NCBI GenBank assembly: GCA_905235735.1
Contig: CAJOMU010000002.1
Coordinates: forward strand, 12,482 to 76,481
DNA: 64,000 bases
Reading direction: 5' to 3'
DNA from: an uncultured Synergistales bacterium
Lineage (GTDB): Bacteria > Synergistota > Synergistia > Synergistales > Aminobacteriaceae
The notes under the pieces were generated by a model. It worked only from the letters and a program-made list of their open reading frames with translations, had not been told where the DNA came from and ran no database searches. Shown in pieces: positions 27,721 to 37,517 of the stretch. Every line of letters begins with the position of its first letter. Positions within the stretch are counted from its first letter, which is position 1. Position numbers and translations under genes: made by a program.

Positions 27721-28047
27721 TTAACTGTGAAAGTTTTTTATCCTGCCTTTTGTTATGATGAGAGCAAAATTATTATCCGTCATGCATCCGTATCGTGATA
27801 ATGCCCTCATGATATTTCCCTTAACATTTCGTATATTCATAATATCATTGTCCGAATCAACCGAGACAGTTATCGTATTCACTCCCAGCACGCACGGCCT
27901 TGAATGACGTGCAAAGGCAGGCCCGACTACAGAAAACCATGAACGTTTAAGTTCCTCAAGAACACGAACTCTGCGTGCTGCTTCCGGAAACATTTGTGCA
28001 ATGTCTATATTTATGTGTTTTATGTGCTGTTCGGTCTCATCATTCAT
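27721..28047 (-). CDS. DUF721 (DciA-like) protein
   Basis: The 108-aa sequence LKRSWFSVVGPAFARHSRPCVLGVNTITVSVDSDNDIMNIRNVKGNIMRAL fits the DUF721 pattern. The start overlaps the mnmG stop. Confidence 0.6.
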   Translation of the reverse strand: MNDETEQHIKHINIDIAQMFPEAARRVRVLEELKRSWFSVVGPAFARHSRPCVLGVNTITVSVDSDNDIMNIRNVKGNIMRALSRYGCMTDNNFALIITKGRIKNFHS

Positions 28048-29890
28048 GATTCAATCTGCCTCTGTCATTTCGTGCGAGTATCACTGAGATTAACTGAACA
28101 TCGACGGGAGTAACACCTGAAATCCTCAGAGCATGGCCAAGCGAATCAGGTCTGTAATGTTTCAATTTCTGCAAACATTCAGCACGAAGTCCTTTCACTG
28201 AATCATAATCGAAATCTTCAGGTATCTTCGCTTTATCCAAATTCTTCATGCGTTCTGCAACTCTATTCTCACGTTCAATGTAGCCGATGTAACGTAATTC
28301 TGTCTCAATATGTGCAATTTCTTCTGAAGTCAGTTTCTTATCTGACGGTGATAATGATGAAATGGTCTCATAAGTTATTCCGCTGTGTTTTAGGTAATCA
28401 GCGAGTGAAATCTTTCCAATTTCTTGTGATGGAATTATCTTCGTAGTCTTCAGTCTGGAAATTTCTTCATCTTCATTCCTGAATCTGTTTTCGAGAAATT
28501 CCCAGTGCGAATCGTCAATCAATCCTGCCTTGCGTCCATAATGCGATAACCTGTGAGCGCAGTTGTCCCACCGCAAAAGCAATCTGTGTTCACATCTTCC
28601 CGTGAGCATTCTGTAGGGTTCATTCGTGCTTTTAGTCGTGAGGTCATCAACGAGTACACCGAGATAACCGTCGGAACGTCCGAGTATTACGGGTTCACGT
28701 TCAAGCACATGCATTGCCGCGTTAATTCCTGCAAGCAATCCCTGAGCAGCAGCTTCCTCGTAACCTGAAGTACCATTCACCTGACCTGCAAAGAAGAAGC
28801 CCGATATGTTTCTGTTTTCAAGATTATGTTTCAACTGGTCAGGCATGAAGTATGCGTATTCGATTCCGTAACCTGGCCTGATGATTTTCGCGTTCTCACA
28901 GCCAGGAAGCGAATGAATCATCTCAACCTGAACATCATACGGGAGACTAGTTGAGAAATTCTGAACATAAACCTCATTAGTATTCATTGAGACCGGCTCA
29001 AACACAATCGGGTGTGTAATGTGATCTGGAAATCTCAGGAACTTATCCTCAATTGACGGACAATAACGAGGGCCGTTAGCTTTCACATCTCCCGTAACTA
29101 ACGGAGAACGCTTTATGTTCTGAGATAATATCTCGTAGGTTCGTTCTGTAGTTCGTGAGAAGTAACATGCATATTCAGACTGGTCATATACTTTCGGAGT
29201 TCCCCATAAATCAAAACATAACGGCTCATTCTCTGACAGTTGAAGAGTTGTGTTAGAGAAATCTATTGTATGAATGTTCAATCTCGGAGTAGTATCTGTT
29301 CTCATAGTTCCGTAACGAATGCCTAAATCATCAAGTGAACGTAATAATCTCTCAGAGTTATTCTGTCCCATAGGGCCGGAAGGAAACGATACATCACCTA
29401 CGAAAACTCTTCCGCCTAAGTACACTCCTCCGCATAACACTATAGCCCTTGTGTTGTATGTTGCACCGTGTCTTGTACGAACGCCTGTAACGCTGTCATG
29501 CTCAGTGAGAATTTCAATCACTTCATCTTGATTCACATCGAGATTATTCTGTGTCGTGATGATCTTGCGGTAATATGTGCTGTATCTTGAAGGGTCGCAT
29601 TGAGCACGTAGAGCACGAACCGCAGCACCTTTTGATGTATTCAGCCAGCGAATCATTAATGTTGATGCATCAGCCGCACGTGCCTGTTCACCTCCAAGTG
29701 CACTAATCTCACGCACTAAATGACCTTTTGCCGGGCCACCTATTGAAGGGTTGCAAGGCATTAAAGCAGTGTTATCGATATTGAGGTTGAGCATGAGTGT
29801 CCTGCATCCTATTCTTGAACTTGCGAGTGCTGCCTCACAACCTGCATGTCCTCCGCCGATTACGATTACGTCATATGAATCATGAAACAT
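28040..29890 (-). CDS. mnmG: tRNA uridine-5-carboxymethylaminomethyl synthesis enzyme MnmG (GidA)
   Basis: FAD motif YDVIVIGGGHAGCEAA, 616 aa, typical MnmG blocks throughout. Confidence 0.95.
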   Translation of the reverse strand: MFHDSYDVIVIGGGHAGCEAALASSRIGCRTLMLNLNIDNTALMPCNPSIGGPAKGHLVREISALGGEQARAADASTLMIRWLNTSKGAAVRALRAQCDPSRYSTYYRKIITTQNNLDVNQDEVIEILTEHDSVTGVRTRHGATYNTRAIVLCGGVYLGGRVFVGDVSFPSGPMGQNNSERLLRSLDDLGIRYGTMRTDTTPRLNIHTIDFSNTTLQLSENEPLCFDLWGTPKVYDQSEYACYFSRTTERTYEILSQNIKRSPLVTGDVKANGPRYCPSIEDKFLRFPDHITHPIVFEPVSMNTNEVYVQNFSTSLPYDVQVEMIHSLPGCENAKIIRPGYGIEYAYFMPDQLKHNLENRNISGFFFAGQVNGTSGYEEAAAQGLLAGINAAMHVLEREPVILGRSDGYLGVLVDDLTTKSTNEPYRMLTGRCEHRLLLRWDNCAHRLSHYGRKAGLIDDSHWEFLENRFRNEDEEISRLKTTKIIPSQEIGKISLADYLKHSGITYETISSLSPSDKKLTSEEIAHIETELRYIGYIERENRVAERMKNLDKAKIPEDFDYDSVKGLRAECLQKLKHYRPDSLGHALRISGVTPVDVQLISVILARNDRGRLNHE

Positions 29891-29935
29891 GAAAATATTC
29901 CTCCGAAAAAATCTTCAAAGAATTATATCGCACCA

Positions 29936-29966
29936 CAAAAAAAGAAGACCCCAGTCTAGTGGGGTC
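29936..29966 (-). terminator. Intrinsic terminator after the FG-GAP protein gene
   Basis: On the minus strand, a GACCCCA / TGGGGTC stem is followed by TTCTTTTTTTG. Confidence 0.75.
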
Positions 29967-29990
29967 TCCCTGCTTTTGAATTCCGATGAA

Positions 29991-32900
29991 CTATTTCTTT
30001 CTGAGAAGTGCAAATCCCATTAGAGATAACATCATCAGACTTCCGAATCCTAATTCACATCCTCCGCCGCCGCTTGAACCTATTCTTTCAGAGCTGCCTG
30101 ATCCGTTCTCATCGATGATTTCTTCTTCTTCTTCGTCTTCTACATCTTCATAGTCAGGATCGTTTTTCGTTCCCAAAATCTTTTCGCGAGGCACATTACG
30201 CAGAAGGAAACCGCTTCGCACAATTAGTGGTGCATCATCAGGCTCAACATCAGACGGCTTTATTGCGAAAGTGAATTTAGTGGTATCGTTGGGGAACAGG
30301 AAAAATTCATGTCTGAGGAATGCATTCTTGTAATTCTCTGGCAGAAATTGAAGTTCATCATTTTCTTGACTGACCTGATTCTCATTATTCACAAGATTGA
30401 ATCCGTAAAGGATGACCTTTCCGAAATTAGTGGAAGTTAAGTTCGTGACTTCGCAGTCAAAGACAACAGGATCATCAGGACTTGTAAGTTTGCGTTCGTG
30501 AAAATCGTCAAGAATTGAAATGAGAGAGTCACTGCCGTTAAATGTTATCCTGACACAAGACCAAGGAAGAACCTCAAGATCATTGTAATCTGGCTCATCT
30601 GTCGCACGCACCGAACTTGCTGCGGTATTTGAGACATTTTCAAGGTGCATGACTGAGAACGGGAAGAAACCTTCATTATTTCCTCCGCAGTCAGCTATTT
30701 CTGTTGACGATTTCATTCTTGATTCGTGAACCTCAGTAATTGCGTTATCAGGGTCAACATCAACATAGAAGTAATAATTTCCGTCAGCAAGACTTGTCGG
30801 AACTTTCCACTCAAAATTGACGACCGCATGATTAGTGGTAGTCTCATTCGCCCAGCCGTTAATACTTACTGTCTTGTTGTCAATTAACGTTCTGGAAGAA
30901 TCCTGCTTCACTTCAGGATTCAGTTTATTACTGTATGACAGTCTCACTCTCACACCGTTTGCAGGAATGAAGCTCGCGTTGTACATCGGAATCTCAATCC
31001 TGTATGTCATGTTCGGAATCAGAATCAAATCTGAGTATGCTCCGAAATTCTGTGAGTATATTCGCACACCCCTCATCTGCATTGCGCGAATATGGTTAGT
31101 CTGAGTTACGAATGTAGAGCCGTTCCTGACATATTTATCCGGCAGAAGCAGAGCAGGATCAGGATACTTTCTGTAAAGGCTGTTCTGATTCCAGAGATAA
31201 TAATTATTTGCAGCATTCGTATCAAGTTTTACAGATGCCGCAACCTTCATCGTACCTTCCTTAGCGACATATGGCATGAACCTGAATGAATATCCTGCTG
31301 ATGACATAGGAAGTGTAGTTCTTGCCCAGTACTTTATAGCAATGCTTTCATCTGTAGCGTAAGACTTTGTGTACGCCGCTGAGTTTTCCGTCTGTGCAGG
31401 AGTTGCGCTGCTTGATTTTTTCCCTGTGAATATTGACTTAACACTGTTCCAGAGACCCTTGACGAAGCTCACTGTCTTTGTTGCTTCACTGGGTGTAACG
31501 GTCTGCGTAGCCTGATTTCCTACACGGTTGGCGTTGCTGAATGACAGCTTAATCTCTGAATCGTTAGTGTTAGGAACAACGAATTCCTGTGCATTGTCCA
31601 TGAGCTTGCCGCTATCGTTGTAGCCTTCAGCGTCTTCGATTCGGGCAGGATACGAGAAGAGATTACCTTCCTCATGTCGCGGCTGATAGACAGTTGAGGG
31701 GTTATTGGTATTTACGATGTCATCGCGGATTGAGAAAGTGATGTAGTAATCCTTCGGCTTGCTTGAATCAGGGACTGGGTTCTCGTTAATCGTATTAGCG
31801 TTTATATTGCCTCCAAGCTGCAGGCCAAGCCATGTAGGCGGGTAATTGCTCAGAATCCTGTAACGCCATGTATACGTAGTTGTATCAAGAAGAAGTACTG
31901 CATCTCTGTCTGTTGCGGAATTTATCGAGGTCAGCGTATAGGAATTTGATGACTCGTCCATTTTTGTCTTAACGGTATTAGTATGGTTGTTGAAGAAGTC
32001 AAGGAACTTTGCGGCCACTGCCCCTGCCTGTCCATACTCTGAATTTCCGCCGAAATTTGCCGCCAGATGACTCGTTATTCTGTTATACTCAAGGTATTTG
32101 TCCACAACTTCCAGCGCACTGTTACCGCCGGTATCGAACATGGTATCCAGAGTTGTCGTTGTGCTGAATTTCATTGTGCTGCTCTCGGAGCTTGTCGCAG
32201 ATTTCATGTATGTTACGGACATTTCACCGCCACCCATTGTAGCCTCTTTGAAGCCGCTGAAACTGAAGTTTGTTGGGTAATCAGTCAGTGCAGTGCCGTC
32301 AACTGTAAGGTTGTCAACGTGATACGGGATTGCAGGAAGTATAGCCGCGTAGGTTGTATCGTGAGTATCGCAAAGCTGTTCAGCGTCACGAAGTTCAATT
32401 CCTTCAGCGAGGAAATCCGCCACAGCAAGACCGCCAGTGAAGTAACCTGATGCCTGAACAGGAACAGATACTATACCCATTGAGATAGTCCACACATCTT
32501 TTTTCTTATTTGCTATTGACTGGTCAATGGTGTTACTGTCATAAATTTTTCTGGCAGTATATGACTTAAAATCGAAGTCTCCATTATCATTGACAGGAGC
32601 AGGAACTAACCACACAGCTTTTGCTTCTTTGGTGAAACTTATGGCTAAATCGTCAACAATTCTGTCTTTCCCGAATTTTCCTCTGAATGGTCCGGCAGCA
32701 ACAGAAATTGCGGCATCCGGGTAATAATCGATGTCATTATCTTTTCCGAATCTTGTATCTAAAGGCACAGGCTCGAAATTTCCAAGTTCCTTCAACCCAT
32801 CAAATCCATTGTACTGGAACACTTTAACCTGAGGCAATAACAGAGAGATGGAGATGATATAGTACCTATGCAGTTTAACCATAACGAATTCATCAACACC

Positions 32901-34163
32901 GTCGCCGTTTAAGTCTGCCGCAACGCCGTGAACATAGGGAACTCGTTCTTCCCATTTCCATTTTTCCTTTTCGATTATGCTGTGAAAAGACAAAGACTTG
33001 TCGTCCCATTTGAGGATTGAACGCAATATATATTGTCCATTTGAGTAATCGGTAAATTTAATAATGTAACCAATCTCCTGCAATCCGTCCCCGTCAAAAT
33101 CTCCGGCGAAAACATTCCCTCCTCCGCAAGCGTAGACATCTGTACTGTAACTGCCACCTCCCCATGAGTGAGAATAAATTACGGATAAGCCGGGCTGTTT
33201 TTTACTGTCATCGTATTTACAGTGAAAAACGCGTTGTATCACGTTATTTTTTAAGAAGATAAGAGCTGCTATTTCATTCTCGTAGCCGTCATTGTCGAAG
33301 TCCCCTGTGCAGATGTAAGCATTAATAAGTCCTCTGTCATCAACATCATAGCCAACTATGTCTTTCTCGAAATCAAGGGTGAGATTTCCGTCCTGATCGT
33401 ATTTGAGGAACGTGAAGTTTAAGTTAATACCATTCCCCTGCTTAAGTTCAGGCTTTCCATCGGAATGAGTAGCAACGAAGACCTCGCCGTCGTAATTCGG
33501 GAAAGTCAAGGTCCCGCTTCCATAAACATTCACCCAGCCCGTTGTATCAGTGTTGGTAGAAATTGTTTTCTGAGTAAGGGATACCTGATTTCCTGACACT
33601 GAACGGGGGAACGTCTGAATAGGAGGTTTGGCGGGTAAGGGCGTATTAAGGCTGATTTTTGTTGGGATTGTGCTGTTTCCAGAATTGGTTTTGACGACAT
33701 AACCTGATGCTGTGCCGCGATTAGATACTGCGGAATTAAGTCTTGTCATGTCTGCGGTATTATTCTGACCTAATTCACCCATACCGTCAAAAGGTGAGAA
33801 CGTAAATTCCTTCTGGACAGAGCCGTCTTCATTAAACCAAAAGATTCTGCTCTGTGTGTAACTGTCATGCGCAAAATTAGGGACAAGGTCATACGGATTA
33901 CTATTCCATTGAATAGCAGCACGCTCTGTGAACAGGAGAGACTTTTTGCCGACCTGGAAATTTGCCCTTCCTGATAATGCCTGCATTACGTTCGCGACCT
34001 GATCAATCGGTTTGCCGCCGAACTTGATTTTTGCCTCAGCCGGTAACCATGCATCACACACAATCACGCATAAAAGCGTAAAGACAATAAATGTCCATGT
34101 AACAATTTTTGCTTGTCTGAACATTTTAAAAAAACCTCCTTTAATGAAATTTTCGGGAATCAT
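29991..34163 (-). CDS. Large secreted FG-GAP/VCBS-repeat surface protein with a C-terminal tripartite sorting signal (Synerg-CTERM-like)
   Basis: There is an N-terminal signal/anchor (IVTWTFIVFTLLCVIVCDAWLPAEA). DxDxDG-type repeats are GDFDNDGYENEI, GDFDGDGLQEIG and ADLNGDGVDEF. The C-terminus reads SSGGGGCELGFGSLMMLSLMGFALLRKK. Confidence 0.7.
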   Translation of the reverse strand: MIPENFIKGGFFKMFRQAKIVTWTFIVFTLLCVIVCDAWLPAEAKIKFGGKPIDQVANVMQALSGRANFQVGKKSLLFTERAAIQWNSNPYDLVPNFAHDSYTQSRIFWFNEDGSVQKEFTFSPFDGMGELGQNNTADMTRLNSAVSNRGTASGYVVKTNSGNSTIPTKISLNTPLPAKPPIQTFPRSVSGNQVSLTQKTISTNTDTTGWVNVYGSGTLTFPNYDGEVFVATHSDGKPELKQGNGINLNFTFLKYDQDGNLTLDFEKDIVGYDVDDRGLINAYICTGDFDNDGYENEIAALIFLKNNVIQRVFHCKYDDSKKQPGLSVIYSHSWGGGSYSTDVYACGGGNVFAGDFDGDGLQEIGYIIKFTDYSNGQYILRSILKWDDKSLSFHSIIEKEKWKWEERVPYVHGVAADLNGDGVDEFVMVKLHRYYIISISLLLPQVKVFQYNGFDGLKELGNFEPVPLDTRFGKDNDIDYYPDAAISVAAGPFRGKFGKDRIVDDLAISFTKEAKAVWLVPAPVNDNGDFDFKSYTARKIYDSNTIDQSIANKKKDVWTISMGIVSVPVQASGYFTGGLAVADFLAEGIELRDAEQLCDTHDTTYAAILPAIPYHVDNLTVDGTALTDYPTNFSFSGFKEATMGGGEMSVTYMKSATSSESSTMKFSTTTTLDTMFDTGGNSALEVVDKYLEYNRITSHLAANFGGNSEYGQAGAVAAKFLDFFNNHTNTVKTKMDESSNSYTLTSINSATDRDAVLLLDTTTYTWRYRILSNYPPTWLGLQLGGNINANTINENPVPDSSKPKDYYITFSIRDDIVNTNNPSTVYQPRHEEGNLFSYPARIEDAEGYNDSGKLMDNAQEFVVPNTNDSEIKLSFSNANRVGNQATQTVTPSEATKTVSFVKGLWNSVKSIFTGKKSSSATPAQTENSAAYTKSYATDESIAIKYWARTTLPMSSAGYSFRFMPYVAKEGTMKVAASVKLDTNAANNYYLWNQNSLYRKYPDPALLLPDKYVRNGSTFVTQTNHIRAMQMRGVRIYSQNFGAYSDLILIPNMTYRIEIPMYNASFIPANGVRVRLSYSNKLNPEVKQDSSRTLIDNKTVSINGWANETTTNHAVVNFEWKVPTSLADGNYYFYVDVDPDNAITEVHESRMKSSTEIADCGGNNEGFFPFSVMHLENVSNTAASSVRATDEPDYNDLEVLPWSCVRITFNGSDSLISILDDFHERKLTSPDDPVVFDCEVTNLTSTNFGKVILYGFNLVNNENQVSQENDELQFLPENYKNAFLRHEFFLFPNDTTKFTFAIKPSDVEPDDAPLIVRSGFLLRNVPREKILGTKNDPDYEDVEDEEEEEIIDENGSGSSERIGSSGGGGCELGFGSLMMLSLMGFALLRKK

Positions 34164-34219
34164 ATCACTATGAGATTACATAACAAGTACGAAATATAAA
34201 GAAAAATATGAAGCTTCAT

Positions 34220-35248
34220 TCATGACAGCATAACTATATTCTCAGGTTTGATTCTGTTACGCCTGAATGGGTTCTCTGGTGCTGTAATGAATACCTGCCA
34301 CTTAGTTTTTAACAGCTCACTATAAACGAAGCTCTTTCCCTCAGAATCAAGTTCTGCGGTTAAATCATCAAACAGCAATATCGGTTCACGTTTAAGTTTC
34401 TGCGCGATTAATTTTCCTGCCGTGATTATCATATAGAGAATCATTCTTCGTTTCTGTCCTCTGCTCAGTGATTCAGATGCCGGTCTGCCGGTTTCACTGA
34501 TAATTATGGAAAGGTCATCATAATTCGGCCCGTCTAAGGGATGAAGCGCATATGACTCACGTTTTGAGTTCCTGTTCAGCATTTCGGTCAGATACTCTTC
34601 ACCAGAAACATTTATTGCCGGCATGAACTGCATTATGAATTTGCCTTCAGGAATCATATTCATCATCATGGATACAACATCTCTTCTTGCGTCCATAATC
34701 CAGCCGCCTAACCTGCAATATGGAACTGTAGTTATGCCCGGTGATTTACCCTGACGCAGCAACGCACTCCTTGAACGCATTATCATCTTGAAATCAGCGA
34801 GCCTCTTCGCAAATGGAGGATAGAACAGCGAACATAATCTATCAATGAAGAGCCTTCGTGATGAAGGAGAACCGTCAATGAGATTAACGCTTCCTGTGAG
34901 AAAAATTATCGAGGGCAGAGACAATCGAAGGTCTGTGAAAGATACTGTCTTGTCATTCATTCGGATTGATGTGCGCGATGAAATTTCTGCACTGAGTGAA
35001 ATATCTTCTTCGCCTGTCAGATGAGCAGATAATCTTGCGTTCCCTTTTCCCCATGTGATTACGTTTCGTGTCTTCGTGAATGCTCCCCAGCCTGTGAGAA
35101 TGCTCAACGTCTCAAGTAAATTCGTTTTGCCTGAACCGTTGCGGCCAAGAATCAAATTTATGCCCGGCTCCCATTTGAGTTTAAGAACCGGGCTATTGTT
35201 CATCGTGAGATTTCTGAAGTCAGATGAAAGTGTGTAATCGAATCTCAT
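34220..35248 (-). CDS. recF: DNA replication and repair protein RecF
   Basis: Walker A GRNGSGKTNLLE, SRGQKR signature, LLFDDLTAELD Walker B. Confidence 0.85.
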   Translation of the reverse strand: MRFDYTLSSDFRNLTMNNSPVLKLKWEPGINLILGRNGSGKTNLLETLSILTGWGAFTKTRNVITWGKGNARLSAHLTGEEDISLSAEISSRTSIRMNDKTVSFTDLRLSLPSIIFLTGSVNLIDGSPSSRRLFIDRLCSLFYPPFAKRLADFKMIMRSRSALLRQGKSPGITTVPYCRLGGWIMDARRDVVSMMMNMIPEGKFIMQFMPAINVSGEEYLTEMLNRNSKRESYALHPLDGPNYDDLSIIISETGRPASESLSRGQKRRMILYMIITAGKLIAQKLKREPILLFDDLTAELDSEGKSFVYSELLKTKWQVFITAPENPFRRNRIKPENIVMLS

Positions 35249-35256
35249 TGAATGCG

Positions 35257-36570
35257 CTAAAAGTTTACTTCTCCTTCATATTCATCATGAGGTTCTCCTT
35301 CATATTCATCATGAGGTTCTCCTTCATGTTCTTCATGAGGTTCTTCTCCTTCATATTCTTCATGAGGTTCTTCTTCCTGCTTCTTCTGCAATGAATCATT
35401 ATCAAGCTCATCAAATATAATGTCCTGATTTGTTAATCTTGCGGGCATGAGCATATAGAGAAAACTGCTGTCATCTTTTCTTGTCATTCTCGTCTGCTCT
35501 TCCTTACCGCTGAACTCAATCACAATATCACGTTGTCCGAGTGCTCTTAATCCATCGATGAAGTACCCTGAATTGAATCCAATCTGAAGAGGATTGCCGG
35601 AAATTTCAGCTTCAAGAGCTTCACCAGTTATGCCGTATTCATTGGACCTTGCCGTGATTCTCAACTGGTTATCAGGCTTCATATCAATAACCATAATGCG
35701 GGATATTGATGTTTTTGCGATGACATCTACACGTTCAGCAGCATACATAAGTTTATCGCATTGAATGTTCAGCTCTGTGTAGATTTCATTGTTCAGTATG
35801 CGTTCATAGCTTGGGAAAGCGGCATCAACTCTTCGGATTGAGAATTCGACATTTTCAAGGGAGAACCAGGCTGTAGAACCATCAGCAAGAATTGTAACGT
35901 TCTCTTCATAGCTGCCTAACTGTTTTGCAAGGTCTTTTAATGCACTTGCAGGGAGCAGGACATCATCTTCTTTGTGTACGCTGCAGAACACTTCAGAAAT
36001 TGAGAGACGTTTTCCGTCAGTTGAGACTACCTTCAGTGAATGTTCTGATGTTCTCAGGAGGCATGTGCCGATGTATTTCGGGAAATCCTGAGGCTGTGAA
36101 CTTGCTATGCTTCCTTCTGTGATAATTCTTGAGAGTTCAGTCGATAATATTTCACAGATAGTATCTGCGCCATCACTTTCTGGTATGTTTGGAAAGTTTT
36201 CAAGAGGAATTACGGGGAATTTTGTTTTGCTTCCTTCAGAATTGATCATACCTTTTGTGTCGCCGACTTCAAGGGTGAATATATCGCAAGTACTCTTCTT
36301 CAATATTCCGCCTAAGATTGCTACGGGTAATAAGGCAGCTCCTGGCTCAATGACATTGACACCATTTGCAGTGCATTTAACTGATGTTTTGATGTCAGTT
36401 GCTTCAAGAGTAACCTTTCCGTCAGGAGTGGCATTAATTTTTATGCAGTTTACAATATCTGCCATTGTTCTGGATAATGCAGTTTTTTCTGCGGTCTGCC
36501 AAGCCTTGAGAAAATCCTGACGCTGTATTTCAAGTTTCAAGTGTTGAAACATCCTTTCTGAATTGAACAT
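35257..36570 (-). CDS. dnaN: DNA polymerase III beta sliding clamp with a ~55-aa acidic His/Glu repeat C-terminal extension
   Basis: There is clamp-like sequence over ~375 aa and synteny with recF. The tail is EEPHEEYEGEEPHEEHEGEPHDEYEGEPHDEYEGEVNF, encoded by ~24-bp tandem repeats at 35268-35372. Confidence 0.85.
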   Translation of the reverse strand: MFNSERMFQHLKLEIQRQDFLKAWQTAEKTALSRTMADIVNCIKINATPDGKVTLEATDIKTSVKCTANGVNVIEPGAALLPVAILGGILKKSTCDIFTLEVGDTKGMINSEGSKTKFPVIPLENFPNIPESDGADTICEILSTELSRIITEGSIASSQPQDFPKYIGTCLLRTSEHSLKVVSTDGKRLSISEVFCSVHKEDDVLLPASALKDLAKQLGSYEENVTILADGSTAWFSLENVEFSIRRVDAAFPSYERILNNEIYTELNIQCDKLMYAAERVDVIAKTSISRIMVIDMKPDNQLRITARSNEYGITGEALEAEISGNPLQIGFNSGYFIDGLRALGQRDIVIEFSGKEEQTRMTRKDDSSFLYMLMPARLTNQDIIFDELDNDSLQKKQEEEPHEEYEGEEPHEEHEGEPHDEYEGEPHDEYEGEVNF

Positions 36571-36626
36571 AACTTTTCTTATTTAAATTATATCAGTACA
36601 GAAAAAAATAGAATTCTCTTATGCTT

Positions 36627-37517
36627 TTACCCTGAGACTATATCATGTATGCGAATTATAAAATCATCTGGTATCTTCTGCCTGAAACATAAATTCTCAT
36701 TCGTAACAGGATGTTCAAATTCTAACTTCCATGAATGAAGATACACTCTACCTTTGAAATCATCATCTGCACCATACAGAACATCCCCAACAAGAGGACA
36801 GCCTAACGCTGACATGTGAACTCGAATCTGATGCATTCTCCCTGTGAATAATCTGCATTCAATCAATGAATATTTGTTCATGTTCCATAAAACACGATAA
36901 CCTGTTAGTGATGGCTTTCCGTTTTCGACAACTGACATTCGCAGAAAGTTATTCGGGTCTCTGTCTATTGGGCCGGATAATATTCCTTCATGTTTCTTCG
37001 GGCAGCCATGAACAAGAGCGAGATATGTTTTGTGAATTTCACGGGCAGAAAATTTCTTCTGAAGTTCATCGCATACACTTTGAGTTCTCGCCGCAATCAT
37101 CAAACCTGATGTTCCTGCATCAAGACGATGAACGATACCGGGCCTAAGTCTATTCGTCATCAATCTGAATTCTGGATAGCGATACACCATACCATTCACT
37201 AATGTACCGCTCCAGTTTCCAGGTGCAGGATGAACAACTAATCCCGAAGGTTTGTTTATTACGATAAGATATTCATCTTCATAGACAACTTCAAATTCAA
37301 TGGGTTCAGCTTTGAGTTCAGTCATGTTAGGCGACTCTGGAAGTTCAGCGAAAAATTTCTGTCCCTCTGCAACTTTCATTGAAGGTTTCAGTTTCTTACT
37401 GCATGTGATATATCCCTCTTTAATGTATGTCTGCGCTTTTGAACGTGTAATCTCTAACTGTTCAGATATAAATACATCAAGACGTTCATAGTTATGCTGA
37501 GATATGATTTCAATCAT
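36627..37517 (-). CDS. RluA-family 23S rRNA pseudouridine synthase (RluD-like) with an S4 domain
   Basis: Catalytic motif HRLDAGTSGLMIAART, 296 aa. It overlaps the cdc48-like gene by 8 nt. Confidence 0.85.
   Translation of the reverse strand: MIEIISQHNYERLDVFISEQLEITRSKAQTYIKEGYITCSKKLKPSMKVAEGQKFFAELPESPNMTELKAEPIEFEVVYEDEYLIVINKPSGLVVHPAPGNWSGTLVNGMVYRYPEFRLMTNRLRPGIVHRLDAGTSGLMIAARTQSVCDELQKKFSAREIHKTYLALVHGCPKKHEGILSGPIDRDPNNFLRMSVVENGKPSLTGYRVLWNMNKYSLIECRLFTGRMHQIRVHMSALGCPLVGDVLYGADDDFKGRVYLHSWKLEFEHPVTNENLCFRQKIPDDFIIRIHDIVSG

Noticed and set aside
27556-27798. 80-aa plus-strand ORF between the LysR and DUF721 genes.
   Set aside because: It has no RBS, reads through a strong intrinsic terminator (27677-27711), and overlaps the 3' end of the DUF721 gene on the other strand. 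The region is better explained as a non-coding transcript.
34164-36626. Possible replication origin next to dnaN, recF and mnmG. I looked for DnaA boxes (TTATCCACA-like) in the intergenic regions 34164-34219, 36571-36626 and 27418-27547.
   Set aside because: No DnaA-box clusters or AT-rich unwinding element are visible by eye, dnaA is not in the window, and the intergenic regions are very short.
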